From NCBI GenBank assembly GCA_934102215.1, contig CAKOSH010000001.1, forward strand, positions 78,777 to 142,776: a DNA stretch of 64,000 bases. Direction: 5' to 3'. The notes under the pieces were generated by a model. It did no database searches. It saw only the letters and a list, made by a program, of their open reading frames with translations, and was not told the DNA's origin. A program made the position numbers and the translations under genes. Of the stretch, positions 48,930-59,123 are shown piece after piece. Numbering within the stretch: position 1 is the stretch's first letter; every line of letters starts with the position of its first letter. Source of the DNA: an uncultured Bacilli bacterium. Its GTDB lineage: Bacteria; Bacillota_I; Bacilli_A; RF39; UBA660.

Positions 48930-49574
48930 TTAGTCATTTTTGATAGATTTTATATACTTATATAATGTAAAATTACCTTCATTTGATAATTTAAACGTTC
49001 TAAAACTAGAAATATTTTCTTTATTAGATACTAATTCATTCATATTAATATAATTATATTTACTATAATAACTACTATAATCTTCTCCATTTAAACAATA
49101 ATTACCTATCACTATTATTTTAGATGTTGATATCTTGTTAATAATCTTAATAAGAGAATCTATATCATTAGATATTTTTTTATTATATTCTTCAATTATA
49201 CTTTTAGATTTATTACATTTTTTGAAATATTCACTATTATTAGCATTCAAAATTATAATATTAGCTTTAGATATCAATTGATTCAAATATATATTTTTAT
49301 TCTTAGAAATAACATATTTATTATTTTTAATATCGTTTATGATATCTTTGTATGTTTTATTTTCATCAGTAAATAATTCATTAAAGAAAACTATATCATT
49401 TTTTAAATCATCATATAAGTATTTATCATATGTTTTATAATTTGAATTGGTTAAATGATTATCTCCAAGTATCAATATTGATTTTCTATTATTAAGTGTT
49501 ACATTATAGATTATAAATGATAGAATTAATGCCAAGAAAAAAATAACTAGTATTTTTATTTTCATAAGATTCAC
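48930..49574 (-). CDS. hypothetical exported protein (N-terminal TM; possible SGNH-like fold)
   Basis: TM KIKILVIFFLALILSFIIY; ILILGDNHLTN near the N-terminus is reminiscent of a GDSL/SGNH block I but not diagnostic. Confidence 0.3.
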   Translation of the reverse strand: MNLMKIKILVIFFLALILSFIIYNVTLNNRKSILILGDNHLTNSNYKTYDKYLYDDLKNDIVFFNELFTDENKTYKDIINDIKNNKYVISKNKNIYLNQLISKANIIILNANNSEYFKKCNKSKSIIEEYNKKISNDIDSLIKIINKISTSKIIVIGNYCLNGEDYSSYYSKYNYINMNELVSNKENISSFRTFKLSNEGNFTLYKYIKSIKND

Positions 49575-49584
49575 CTATTAAATA

Positions 49585-50838
49585 TTACTCAGTTATTTCT
49601 ATTTTAGCACCTACATTTTTAAGTTTATTGATAACATCTCCATATCCCCTTAAGATATATTCACTATTATCTATATTAGTTTTACCTTCTGCGATTAGGG
49701 CTGCGATTAAAAGTGAAGCACCACCCCTTAAATCAGTAGCAATAACATCCATGCCTTTTAATTTAGTTGGACCATTTACTTCTAATTTATGAATTGATAA
49801 CACTTTAGTATCAGCACCCATTTTATTAAGTTCTACTGTATTTTTAAATCTATTTTCATATATTGTTTCTTCAATTATTGATTTACCATTTGCTTGTGTT
49901 AATAATGTTGTTATAGGTTGTTGTAAATCAGTTGGAAAACCAGGAAAAGCAAGTGTTTTTATATAAGTTGGTTTTATATGCTCACATTTAGATATTGTAA
50001 GAGTATCACCATCTATATCATAATGAACACCAATTTCTTTTAACTTAATAAGTAAAGATTCAATATGTTCACGAATGATACCTTTAATTTTTAAATCATT
50101 TCCTAAAAGAGCACCGATTATTATATAAGTACCACTTTCTATTCTATCAGGAAATACTTCAATAACTCCTTCATCAAGAGGACATTTTCCTTCTATTTCT
50201 ATTCTTTTAGTACCAGCACCCCTTATTTTAGCACCCATATTTATAAGAAAAGATGCTACGTTTACTATTTCAGGTTCCATAGCTGCATTCTCTATTACAG
50301 TAGTGCCTTCAGCGCCAATAGCTGCGAACATAACATTAATAGTTGCTCCAACACTTGGAAAATCAAAATAAATCTTTTTACCAACTAACTTTTCAGCAGT
50401 TATTATATATCTATTTTTAATAATTTCAACATGAGCACCTAATTCTTCAAAACCTTTAATATGAATATCTATAGGTCTAGCACCAATATTACAGCCCCCA
50501 GGAAAAGATATTTCAACACGACCAAATCTAGCAAGTAAAATACCCATAAAATAATATGAAGCTCTCATTTGTACACTTAATTCTTCAGGTATTGGCTTAT
50601 TTACAACATTAGATGAATCAATATACAATGCATCATTTTTATGTTCAACAGTACAGTTTAATAATTCCATTATCTTTATTAAATATTCAATATCACTAAT
50701 TTCAGGAACATTATAAATAACTGTTTTACTTTTAGATAATATTGCCATTGGAACAAGCGCAACAGCACTATTTTTAGCACCACTAATTTTAACTTCACCA
50801 GTAAGCATTTTATTGCCATCAATAGTAATTCTTGTCAT
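49585..50838 (-). CDS. murA: UDP-N-acetylglucosamine 1-carboxyvinyltransferase
   Basis: MTRITIDGNKMLTGEVKISGAKNSAVALVP…; catalytic Cys region (GGCNIGARPID); start at the internal ATG (track ORF extends to 50904). Confidence 0.9.
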   Translation of the reverse strand: MTRITIDGNKMLTGEVKISGAKNSAVALVPMAILSKSKTVIYNVPEISDIEYLIKIMELLNCTVEHKNDALYIDSSNVVNKPIPEELSVQMRASYYFMGILLARFGRVEISFPGGCNIGARPIDIHIKGFEELGAHVEIIKNRYIITAEKLVGKKIYFDFPSVGATINVMFAAIGAEGTTVIENAAMEPEIVNVASFLINMGAKIRGAGTKRIEIEGKCPLDEGVIEVFPDRIESGTYIIIGALLGNDLKIKGIIREHIESLLIKLKEIGVHYDIDGDTLTISKCEHIKPTYIKTLAFPGFPTDLQQPITTLLTQANGKSIIEETIYENRFKNTVELNKMGADTKVLSIHKLEVNGPTKLKGMDVIATDLRGGASLLIAALIAEGKTNIDNSEYILRGYGDVINKLKNVGAKIEITE

Positions 50839-50923
50839 AATATCAATAACCTTTCTACTTAATAATATACTATTAATGAAAGTTTTAATCAATAAAATGT
50901 ACATTTTCTAAAAAAATTTTACA

Positions 50924-51424
50924 TTAAAATATCTTTTTAAAGAATTCTACTATCTTAAAATCATATTTTACTTTTTCACTTTTATTATCATCTATCATAC
51001 ATAAAGGTGGATATAAAATACACCAATAATTATTACCTTTTGCTTCACCAATAGACACAACTAAAGATTCATAATTGCCTTCTTTATAAGTAACACCATC
51101 ATATTTCTTAACTGGAAAATAATTCATACCATAATTAACTTTATAATCCATATCATAATTATTGTTTTTAAATAATTTATCTATTTCTTCTTCAATATTA
51201 CTTATATTACTGATAATATTTTTTCTGGTAACTTCTTTGTCTTCATAATCATTAAAAACATAACCTGATATTTTATTAACAACCATTTCTTTCATAAGAA
51301 TATCTCTACTTGAATTACTATTAGAAATAACTCTAAATCTAATCGCATCATCACCATAATAATCTTTCTTACTAAAAAGTAATATTCCAATAACTAATAA
51401 CAATATAATTAAAATCTTTTTCAT
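50924..51424 (-). CDS. spoIIR: stage II sporulation protein R
   Basis: IRFRVISNSNSSRDILMKEMVVNKI and GNNYWCILYPPLCM parallel B. subtilis SpoIIR (IRLRILANSDSDQDQ…; GANWWCVLFPPLCF); N-terminal signal; same neighbourhood (prfA–prmC–spoIIR) as in Bacillus. Confidence 0.7.
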   Translation of the reverse strand: MKKILIILLLVIGILLFSKKDYYGDDAIRFRVISNSNSSRDILMKEMVVNKISGYVFNDYEDKEVTRKNIISNISNIEEEIDKLFKNNNYDMDYKVNYGMNYFPVKKYDGVTYKEGNYESLVVSIGEAKGNNYWCILYPPLCMIDDNKSEKVKYDFKIVEFFKKIF

Positions 51425-51470
51425 TAAAAAACCAACCTTTCAAATACATATTGGTTGATTTTTATATTTT

Positions 51471-52211
51471 TTATTCATGAATTATAAATAAATATCTATC
51501 TCTGTCAGTCAAATCTTTTTCTATTCTTATAACAGAATCATTAAAATATCTTTTAGCAATATCACATATAAGATTACCTTGCCACCATCCTATCTCAAAA
51601 GCAATAATAAATTTATCATTTAAATACTTTCTAGCATCTTTTAATATTTCTTCATAGAAATAAAGTCCATCTTTAGGAGCATACAATGCTAAATTAGGTT
51701 CATATTTTTTAACTGAATCCATTATTACTTCATCACTACTTATATAAGGTGGATTACTTATAATAATATCAAATTTATCATTTACATTACTAAAAATATC
51801 ACTTTTAATAAAATTTATATTTGAATTATTAATTTTAGCATTATTTATAGCCGTATTTAACGCTTTTTCAGATATATCACATGCAGTTACATTAGAATTA
51901 AGTTCATTCTTTAAAACAATTGAAATTGCTCCACTACCAGTACCTATATCAAGTATATTAATTTTATCACTAAATATCTTCTTACTTATATTAATTACTT
52001 TCTCAAGTAAATATTCAGTTTCATATCTAGGTATAAGTACATCCTCATTAACATTAATTTTATAACCATAAAAGTCCACATATCCAATTAAATATTGAAT
52101 AGGATATCCATCCTTTAAGAGTTCATAATCATGTTCTATATCTTTACTAACACTGATTAATTCTTCAGCTTCTCTTTTAGATATACCAAGTGAGATGATC
52201 TTATTTATCAT
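51471..52211 (-). CDS. prmC: release factor glutamine N5-methyltransferase PrmC/HemK
   Basis: SAM motif ILDIGTGSGAISIV, catalytic NPPY (IISNPPYIS); overlaps the prfA stop. Confidence 0.85.
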   Translation of the reverse strand: MINKIISLGISKREAEELISVSKDIEHDYELLKDGYPIQYLIGYVDFYGYKINVNEDVLIPRYETEYLLEKVINISKKIFSDKINILDIGTGSGAISIVLKNELNSNVTACDISEKALNTAINNAKINNSNINFIKSDIFSNVNDKFDIIISNPPYISSDEVIMDSVKKYEPNLALYAPKDGLYFYEEILKDARKYLNDKFIIAFEIGWWQGNLICDIAKRYFNDSVIRIEKDLTDRDRYLFIIHE

Positions 52212-53265
52212 TACTTTCTTCCATTCTCATTCTTTCATCTTCAGCAATTAATGCTTCAATTAAATCTTCAAGATCACCTTCCATAATTTTATCTAAATGC
52301 ATAACTGTATAGTTAATTCTATGATCAGTAAGTCTATTTTGTGGATAATTATATGTTCTTATCTTTTCAGCTCTATCTCCTGTACCTATCTTACTTCTTC
52401 TTTCATTACCAAGTTTTTCATCTTGCTCTCTTTGTTTTAAATCATAAAGTCTTGTTTTAAGTATTTGAAGTGCTTTTTCTTTATTCTTTATTTGACTTCT
52501 TTCCACTTGACAATAAACAACTATATTAGTAGGTATATGAGTAATTCTAACAGCTGAATCTGTTGTATTAACACATTGTCCTCCAGCACCACTACTTCTT
52601 GTAATATCTACTCTTATATCACTATCTTTTATTTCAACATCTATTTCTTCTGCTTCTGGCATAACAAGTACAGTCGCAGTTGATGTATGAACTCTACCAG
52701 CACTTTCTGTTTCAGGAACTCTTTGTACTCTATGAGCACCACTTTCATATTTAAGTTTTGAATAAACACTTTCTCCGCTTAACATGAATTCTATTTGAGA
52801 GTATCCACCACTTTCACCAGGCACTTCATGTGTTACATCAAGTTTCCATCCTTGCTTTTCAGCATATTTAGAGTACATTCTAAATAAATCACCAGCAAAT
52901 ATATTAGCTTCATCTCCACCTGCTGCACCCCTAATTTCCATAACAACATTCTTTTCATCATTAGGATCTTTAGGTAGAAGTAATACTTTTAATTTCTTTT
53001 CATATTCTTCTTTTTCTTTGTGTAAGTTTTCTAATTCTTCATTAGCAAAATCCTTCATTTCAGGATCATGTGCCATCTCTTTAGCAGCTTCTATATCATC
53101 TAATATAGTATTATATTTCTTATAAGCATTAACTATTGGTTCAATTGAATTTTTCTCTTTTGAAACCACTTGCATCTTCTTATAATCTTCATATACTTCT
53201 GGCTTTAATAATTCATTATTTAAATAATCATATCTTTCTTGTATAATTTCTAATCTTTCTTTCAT
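52201..53265 (-). CDS. prfA: peptide chain release factor 1
   Basis: GGQ motif (SGAGGQCVNTTDSAVRITHIPT), RF-1 domain, 354 aa, followed by prmC. Confidence 0.9.
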   Translation of the reverse strand: MKERLEIIQERYDYLNNELLKPEVYEDYKKMQVVSKEKNSIEPIVNAYKKYNTILDDIEAAKEMAHDPEMKDFANEELENLHKEKEEYEKKLKVLLLPKDPNDEKNVVMEIRGAAGGDEANIFAGDLFRMYSKYAEKQGWKLDVTHEVPGESGGYSQIEFMLSGESVYSKLKYESGAHRVQRVPETESAGRVHTSTATVLVMPEAEEIDVEIKDSDIRVDITRSSGAGGQCVNTTDSAVRITHIPTNIVVYCQVERSQIKNKEKALQILKTRLYDLKQREQDEKLGNERRSKIGTGDRAEKIRTYNYPQNRLTDHRINYTVMHLDKIMEGDLEDLIEALIAEDERMRMEESNDK

Positions 53266-53304
53266 ATTTCCATCCTTTCAAATATTAATATTTAAGAAAA
53301 CCAG

Positions 53305-53754
53305 CTACAAGTCAGAATCATCATCATACCCTTCATCAACAATAACTAAATCTTTTAGATCATCATCACTATCATCATCATCCATATCATCTATAGTGTC
53401 ATAATAATCTCCTTCATCTTCTTCATTTATATTGTCTTCTTCAGGATTTTCTAATTCAATATCATCATCCATATCATCTTCTAAATCTTGAATATTTATT
53501 TCAGATGTATGATTTTCTCTTAAATCCCAATATCCTTTTTCTAATTGAATAAATCTTTTTTCAGTTGCAAGTAAAGTAAAAAAGTCACCAATTTGATTTT
53601 CATATTCTTTATCAGTCATACCTAAAGCATCACAAATAGTTCTGAAAATATCAGTGATTTTCATCTTCTTACCTTTCTCTTTTAATATTATATAAGCAAT
53701 ATCATCTAATTGCATTGTTTCTAATGTATCTTTATCTATTGATTTTAATTTCAT
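53305..53754 (-). CDS. rpoE: DNA-directed RNA polymerase delta subunit
   Basis: N-terminal HARE-HTH-like MQLDDIAYIILKEKGKKMKITDIF…FIQLEKGYWDL plus long Asp/Glu-rich C-terminal tail, as in Firmicute RpoE (delta). Confidence 0.8.
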   Translation of the reverse strand: MKLKSIDKDTLETMQLDDIAYIILKEKGKKMKITDIFRTICDALGMTDKEYENQIGDFFTLLATEKRFIQLEKGYWDLRENHTSEINIQDLEDDMDDDIELENPEEDNINEEDEGDYYDTIDDMDDDDSDDDLKDLVIVDEGYDDDSDL

Positions 53755-53870
53755 TTAATAAGCCTCCTTTAAGCCTTTCTTTCTTTCCATTAAAATTATA
53801 CTTATTTTTTATAATAAATCAAGTATTTTTTTACTGATTTTACTACATACTAAATATTAAGGAAATATAT

Positions 53871-55787
53871 ATGAAAAAAATAACAATAATTATTAAAATA
53901 TTTATATTCTTATTCTTCACTTGTATTATAGTAAATATGAGTTTTTATGCTTATGCTTTTATCACACCAAAGTTTCAAATTAATACAAGTAAAAACATAA
54001 CATTTTATGATAAAGATAACAATGATATTCTAAAAGATAATATTGAAAATGATTATGTAGAACTAAGTAACATAAGTGATAGTGTTAAAAACGCTATAGT
54101 ATCTATTGAAGATAAGAATTTTTATACTCATAAAGGATTTGATTATTTAAGAATTTTAAAAGCTATGCTTGTTAATATTAAAAGTGGAAAAATAAAACAA
54201 GGTGCTTCAACTATATCACAGCAATATGTTAAAAATCTTTATCTAACATTTGATAAAACATGGAATAGAAAGATAGAAGAAGCTCTCTTAACACTTGAAT
54301 TAGAGACACATTATAGTAAGGATGAAATATTAGAAGGTTATCTTAATACTATTGATTTTAGTGCTGGAAATTATGGAATCAAAGAAGCAAGTAAATATTA
54401 TTTTAATAAAGAACCTAAAGATTTAACACTTGCTGAATCATCAATATTAGTTGGTATACCAAGAAATCCTAGTTATTATAATCCAATTAATAATTATGAT
54501 GCTGCTAAAAAAAGACAAAAAGAAGTACTTGAAAGTATGGTCAAAAATAAATATATAACTAAAAAAGAAATGGAAGAAGCATATCAAAAAGAATTAAATT
54601 TCTATGGAAAAAACGATAAAATTGAATTATCAAGTATTTATTATTATAAAGATGCAATTATGAGTGAACTAAAAAATATAAAAGGACTTCCTAGTTCATT
54701 ACTTGATATGGATGGTCTTAAAATATATACTAATTTAGACGTAGATATTCAAAAAGAATTAGAACACAATATAGATAATGAAATGAAAGATACAACACTT
54801 CAAGTTGCTTCAATAGTAATAGAACCCACAACAGGTAAAATAGTAGCTCTTATAGGTGGAAAAGACTATTCAAAATCACAATTTAATAGAGTTACTTCAT
54901 CTAAAAGACAAGTAGGTTCAACAATAAAACCACTTCTTTATTACTCAGCTCTTGAAAATGGATTTACACCTTCAAGTACATTTTTAAGTGAAAGAACAAC
55001 ATTTAATATAGGAAACACAACTTATTCACCTAAGAATGCAAGCAATATTTACGCCAATAAAAATATTTCAATGTTAACTGCATTATCTTACTCAGATAAT
55101 ATTTATGCGATGAAAACACATTTATTCTTAGGTATGGATAACTTATCTAAAATGGGAAAAAGATTAAAAATAAACACACCTATCAAAGAAAATGCATCTT
55201 CTGCTTTAGGAACAACTGAAATAAACATGATAGACTATTCAAATGCTTTTATTACACTTGCTAATGAAGGTGAACATGTAACACCACATATAATTGAAAA
55301 AATAACTGATAATAATGATAGAGTACTATATGAATTTAAATATCAAAATGAAAAAGTTTTAAATAAAAAATATGTTTATATATTAAATAATTTATTAACA
55401 GAAACATACGACTATAAAATGATTGGTTATACTTCTCCTACTCTTATGAGTATTTCTAATGATTTAGATAGTAAATATGCAGTTAAAAGTGGTAGTACCG
55501 AAACTGATTATTGGACTATTGGTTACAATAAGAACTATCTAATGATGGTATGGACAGGTAATGATGATAATGATAAAGTCAAAGCAAGAGATTCAAAGAT
55601 AACTAAAAAAATATGGTCAAAAACAATAACAAAAATTAAAACAAATAAAAAAGAATGGTATGAAATACCAAAAGGTATAACAGCAAGTTCAATAAATCCT
55701 TTAACTGGAGAATATAAAGAAAATGGAATAGTTTGTTTCTATGAAAAAGGTACTGAACCAAATTATATAGATAGATATTCAAATTAA
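53871..55787 (+). CDS. class A penicillin-binding protein (transglycosylase + transpeptidase)
   Basis: GT51 motifs (EDKNFYTHKGFD; GASTISQQY), transpeptidase SxxK (STIKP), SYSDN, KSGST; N-terminal TM; 638 aa. Confidence 0.85.
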   Translation: MKKITIIIKIFIFLFFTCIIVNMSFYAYAFITPKFQINTSKNITFYDKDNNDILKDNIENDYVELSNISDSVKNAIVSIEDKNFYTHKGFDYLRILKAMLVNIKSGKIKQGASTISQQYVKNLYLTFDKTWNRKIEEALLTLELETHYSKDEILEGYLNTIDFSAGNYGIKEASKYYFNKEPKDLTLAESSILVGIPRNPSYYNPINNYDAAKKRQKEVLESMVKNKYITKKEMEEAYQKELNFYGKNDKIELSSIYYYKDAIMSELKNIKGLPSSLLDMDGLKIYTNLDVDIQKELEHNIDNEMKDTTLQVASIVIEPTTGKIVALIGGKDYSKSQFNRVTSSKRQVGSTIKPLLYYSALENGFTPSSTFLSERTTFNIGNTTYSPKNASNIYANKNISMLTALSYSDNIYAMKTHLFLGMDNLSKMGKRLKINTPIKENASSALGTTEINMIDYSNAFITLANEGEHVTPHIIEKITDNNDRVLYEFKYQNEKVLNKKYVYILNNLLTETYDYKMIGYTSPTLMSISNDLDSKYAVKSGSTETDYWTIGYNKNYLMMVWTGNDDNDKVKARDSKITKKIWSKTITKIKTNKKEWYEIPKGITASSINPLTGEYKENGIVCFYEKGTEPNYIDRYSN

Positions 55788-55855
55788 AACATATAAAAAT
55801 AGTAGAATAATATTAATATCACTCTACTATTTTATTTTTAAATTATTTTAAGAAA

Positions 55856-57013
55856 CTATTCTTCAATTTTTGTTCCACAATTACTGCAAAATTTTCCAGT
55901 TACTGGAGTTTTACAATTAGGGCAAAGTTTTTCTTCCTTATTTTCTTCTACTTTTTCTTCTTTTTTAGCAAAAATAGTTCCTATTTCTGGTTGATTAGTT
56001 TCTGGTTTATATCCTTCAACATCACTGCCTTGATTAGCTGCATTCATCATAGAACCAGCAGCACCACTTGCCATATTCATTCCCATGAATCCCATCATAG
56101 AACCATTTGAATTAGTAGCAGCTCCACGAAGAGCATCAGCAGAAGCAGAAGCCATTAATCCTGATTGTAAATTCTTATTTGAGAATATAGTTGCTTCATC
56201 TATCTTGTTAACTTTAACCATAGATTCATCAGTTAAATTAATATCACTTAAAGCTACATCAGTAACTTCTAATCCATAATTTTTTCTCCAAGATTCATCT
56301 AAACATACATTCATTTCATCAGAAATATCACTATTATATAATCCCATATCTCCAAAAGAAACTTTATTTTTTCTCATAACAACAGATATTGCTTGAGTTA
56401 ATTTTTCAACAAATTTGCTTTGTAATTGACTACCAACTACTTCTTCATAAGTAACAGTATCTTCTGCATTAGCTCCAATAACACTATTTACTAAAAGAAT
56501 TGGATCAACTACTTTAAATGCATATTCACCAAAGAATGTTACTTCTAACATACCATATTTTTCATCAGTAATCTTCTTAGGTTGTGGAGAACCAAATTTA
56601 TTACCAGTTATTGTTAATAAATTTACATAGTAAACTCTTTGATCTTTAGCAGTTTGACCACCATAAGTAAAACGTTTACCTATTGTTTTAAATGTATCAA
56701 TGATACCTTTTCCAAGTCCGCCAGTAAATATACTAGGTTCACTACCTGTATCAAAATAGAAAGTACCAGGTTCAGCAGTAAACTCCTTTATTTCTCCATT
56801 TTCAATAATCATCATTGCCATTCCTTGTGGAACAACAATTGTACTACCATTAGAAATAACTCCTTCTGAAGGATTTTTATTTCCTTTTCCGTGATTTACA
56901 AGTCCTCTTTGTATTAAAACATTTTTAGATATAGTAGGACAACTCACAAATTCCTTAAATTGATCACCTAAAGCACTACTAGTTGCTTCAGATAAAGCTT
57001 TAATAAGTCCCAT
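55856..57013 (-). CDS. SPFH/band-7 domain protein with C-terminal zinc ribbon (YdjI-like)
   Basis: SPFH-like core, Gly/Met/Ala-rich low-complexity region, C-terminal CPNCKTPVTGKFCSNCG zinc-ribbon. Confidence 0.6.
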   Translation of the reverse strand: MGLIKALSEATSSALGDQFKEFVSCPTISKNVLIQRGLVNHGKGNKNPSEGVISNGSTIVVPQGMAMMIIENGEIKEFTAEPGTFYFDTGSEPSIFTGGLGKGIIDTFKTIGKRFTYGGQTAKDQRVYYVNLLTITGNKFGSPQPKKITDEKYGMLEVTFFGEYAFKVVDPILLVNSVIGANAEDTVTYEEVVGSQLQSKFVEKLTQAISVVMRKNKVSFGDMGLYNSDISDEMNVCLDESWRKNYGLEVTDVALSDINLTDESMVKVNKIDEATIFSNKNLQSGLMASASADALRGAATNSNGSMMGFMGMNMASGAAGSMMNAANQGSDVEGYKPETNQPEIGTIFAKKEEKVEENKEEKLCPNCKTPVTGKFCSNCGTKIEE

Positions 57014-57109
57014 ATTATTACCTCTTTTCTTTTAATCTAATTCAATTATAGCATTTTTATTTAAATTAATAAATTATTTTTTATTTTTAGTGTAAAGTAA
57101 AAGAACTCA

Positions 57110-58342
57110 CTAATGAGAGTTCTTATCAATTTCAATAATAATTTGATATGTATCAGTTAAATCAAGTTCACTTGTAGTTATAAGATCACTTACTTCATCA
57201 AGACTATTTATAAAGTCACGTACTTTATTTATTACATTAGGTAAATTAACACTACCATCTTCTTCAAGTAATGAGTTTTTATCAATTTTTTCAACTTTTT
57301 CTACTTCTTCTTCATATTGAATAGTATTTGGTGTATTAACACTTATATTACTTACTGAATTATTTTGTACATTATTTGTAGGATTTGCTACACTTGTACT
57401 TGTATTTGGCACACTTGATTCTTCTACCACAGGAGTTAAATCTTTAGAATTATCTATTGCATAACTATATGCTTCTTTGTCAAATGATGTAGGCATCACA
57501 TTAACATTACTACCATTTGTTTGTTGAAATGGATTTATAATTTCACTACTATCTGTATATTCTGTCATAGTAGCTTTTGCTTCAGGTTCAATTTTAACTA
57601 CTTCAGGAACTTTTATATCTAGATATTCTTCAACTTGTTTGTCACCAAGTAAAGCTTCTTTTGATTCAGTCTTAGGTTCTATTTTTAAGAATCTTTGTAT
57701 ATCTTCAGGTAATGGTTCTTGTTCTTTATTTCTATTTAGTATTGCACTAATTTCTTCTTCTGTTTGTTTAACAGTAAGTTTTTCAGAAATAATTTTATTA
57801 AGTAAGTTTCTTTGCATATCAGCATCAGGTAAAGAAAGTAAACTCCTAGCATGTCTTTCTGATATTCTATTGTATAAAAGTGCATTTTGAACATCTTTTG
57901 GTAAATTTAAAAGTCTCATCTTATTGGCAATTGAAGATTGACTTACTCCAAGTTTAGAAGCTATTTCTTCTTGAGTAAATCCTCTATCCATAAGTTTCTT
58001 ATATGATTGTGCCTCTTCTATAACAGATAAATTCTTTCTTTGTAAATTTTCAAGTAATGCTATTTCAGCACTAGTATTATCATCAGTATTATTTATAATT
58101 GCAGGTACTTTTTTAAGTCCAGCTAAACATGAAGCCTTATATCTTCTTTCACCAGCAATTATCTCATATTTATCTCCTATATTACGAAGTACAATAGGTT
58201 GAATAACACCATATTTAATAATAGAATTAGCAAGTTCATTTAACTCTTTTTCATCAAAAGCAAGCCTTGGCTGAAATCTATTAGGAATAATATCCTCAAT
58301 AGGTATATAATAAATTTTTTCTTTTTCTTTGTTTTCTTCCAT
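57110..58342 (-). CDS. ParB/Spo0J/Noc family protein with ~170-aa Ser/Asn/Thr/Val-rich C-terminal extension
   Basis: ParB N domain IIPNRFQPR…GVIQPIVLR…YEIIAGERRYKAS, HTH QEEIASKLGVSQSSIANKMRLL, ISERHARSL; no parA/soj gene on either side; lies immediately after rsmG, the position noc occupies in Bacillus. Confidence 0.75.
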   Translation of the reverse strand: MEENKEKEKIYYIPIEDIIPNRFQPRLAFDEKELNELANSIIKYGVIQPIVLRNIGDKYEIIAGERRYKASCLAGLKKVPAIINNTDDNTSAEIALLENLQRKNLSVIEEAQSYKKLMDRGFTQEEIASKLGVSQSSIANKMRLLNLPKDVQNALLYNRISERHARSLLSLPDADMQRNLLNKIISEKLTVKQTEEEISAILNRNKEQEPLPEDIQRFLKIEPKTESKEALLGDKQVEEYLDIKVPEVVKIEPEAKATMTEYTDSSEIINPFQQTNGSNVNVMPTSFDKEAYSYAIDNSKDLTPVVEESSVPNTSTSVANPTNNVQNNSVSNISVNTPNTIQYEEEVEKVEKIDKNSLLEEDGSVNLPNVINKVRDFINSLDEVSDLITTSELDLTDTYQIIIEIDKNSH

Positions 58343-58397
58343 AATATTATCCTTTTTCCCTACTATAAATTAATTTTAATGTATTTTACCATTTTTT

Positions 58398-59123
58398 TCA
58401 ATCCTTTTTATTAGTTTTATATGTTTTAAGTATTGAACTATAACTTCTAGGATATTTTTTATCAGTTATTTTATTTTTACGATAAATTGGTATACATCTA
58501 TATGCATTTGTTATAGGTAAATTATATTCTATTTTATTTATAAGTTCTAAATCAAAATTATTAATTATTTGATTAGTAATCTTTATTTCTTCATCAATAT
58601 TTGATTTTAAAGGCATAAGAAGTCCATTCACTTTTATAGATGAAGTACACATTTCTATAATCATTGGTAATGATGTTACTGCTCTACACGTAACTATATC
58701 AAATACTTCTCTATTTTTTACTGAATAATCTTCTACTCTACCATTAACAATGTTAACATTATCGAGTTTAAGTTCTTGCTTAATCAAATTTAAAAATAAA
58801 CATTTTTTAGCATTACTTTCTATTAAAGTTACATTGATATTACCATATATTATCGCAATAACCATACCAGGAAAACCTGCTCCTGTACCAAAATCTAATA
58901 ATTTAATACTATCTTTATCATTTAAATAACCTGTCTTATTAATACATAATGAGTCATAAAAATGTAATAAGAAAACATCCTCATAAGAAGTAATAGTTGT
59001 CATATTAAATTTCTTATTATATTCATTTAATAATTCATAATACTTATAAAGTTTATCATATAGTATATCAGTAATTTTGATATTAATTTTACTACAATAT
59101 TTTATAAATTCTTCTTTAGTCAT
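58398..59123 (-). CDS. rsmG: 16S rRNA (guanine527-N7)-methyltransferase RsmG
   Basis: GidB family: LLDFGTGAGFPGMVIAI; overlaps the mnmG stop. Confidence 0.85.
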   Translation of the reverse strand: MTKEEFIKYCSKINIKITDILYDKLYKYYELLNEYNKKFNMTTITSYEDVFLLHFYDSLCINKTGYLNDKDSIKLLDFGTGAGFPGMVIAIIYGNINVTLIESNAKKCLFLNLIKQELKLDNVNIVNGRVEDYSVKNREVFDIVTCRAVTSLPMIIEMCTSSIKVNGLLMPLKSNIDEEIKITNQIINNFDLELINKIEYNLPITNAYRCIPIYRKNKITDKKYPRSYSSILKTYKTNKKD

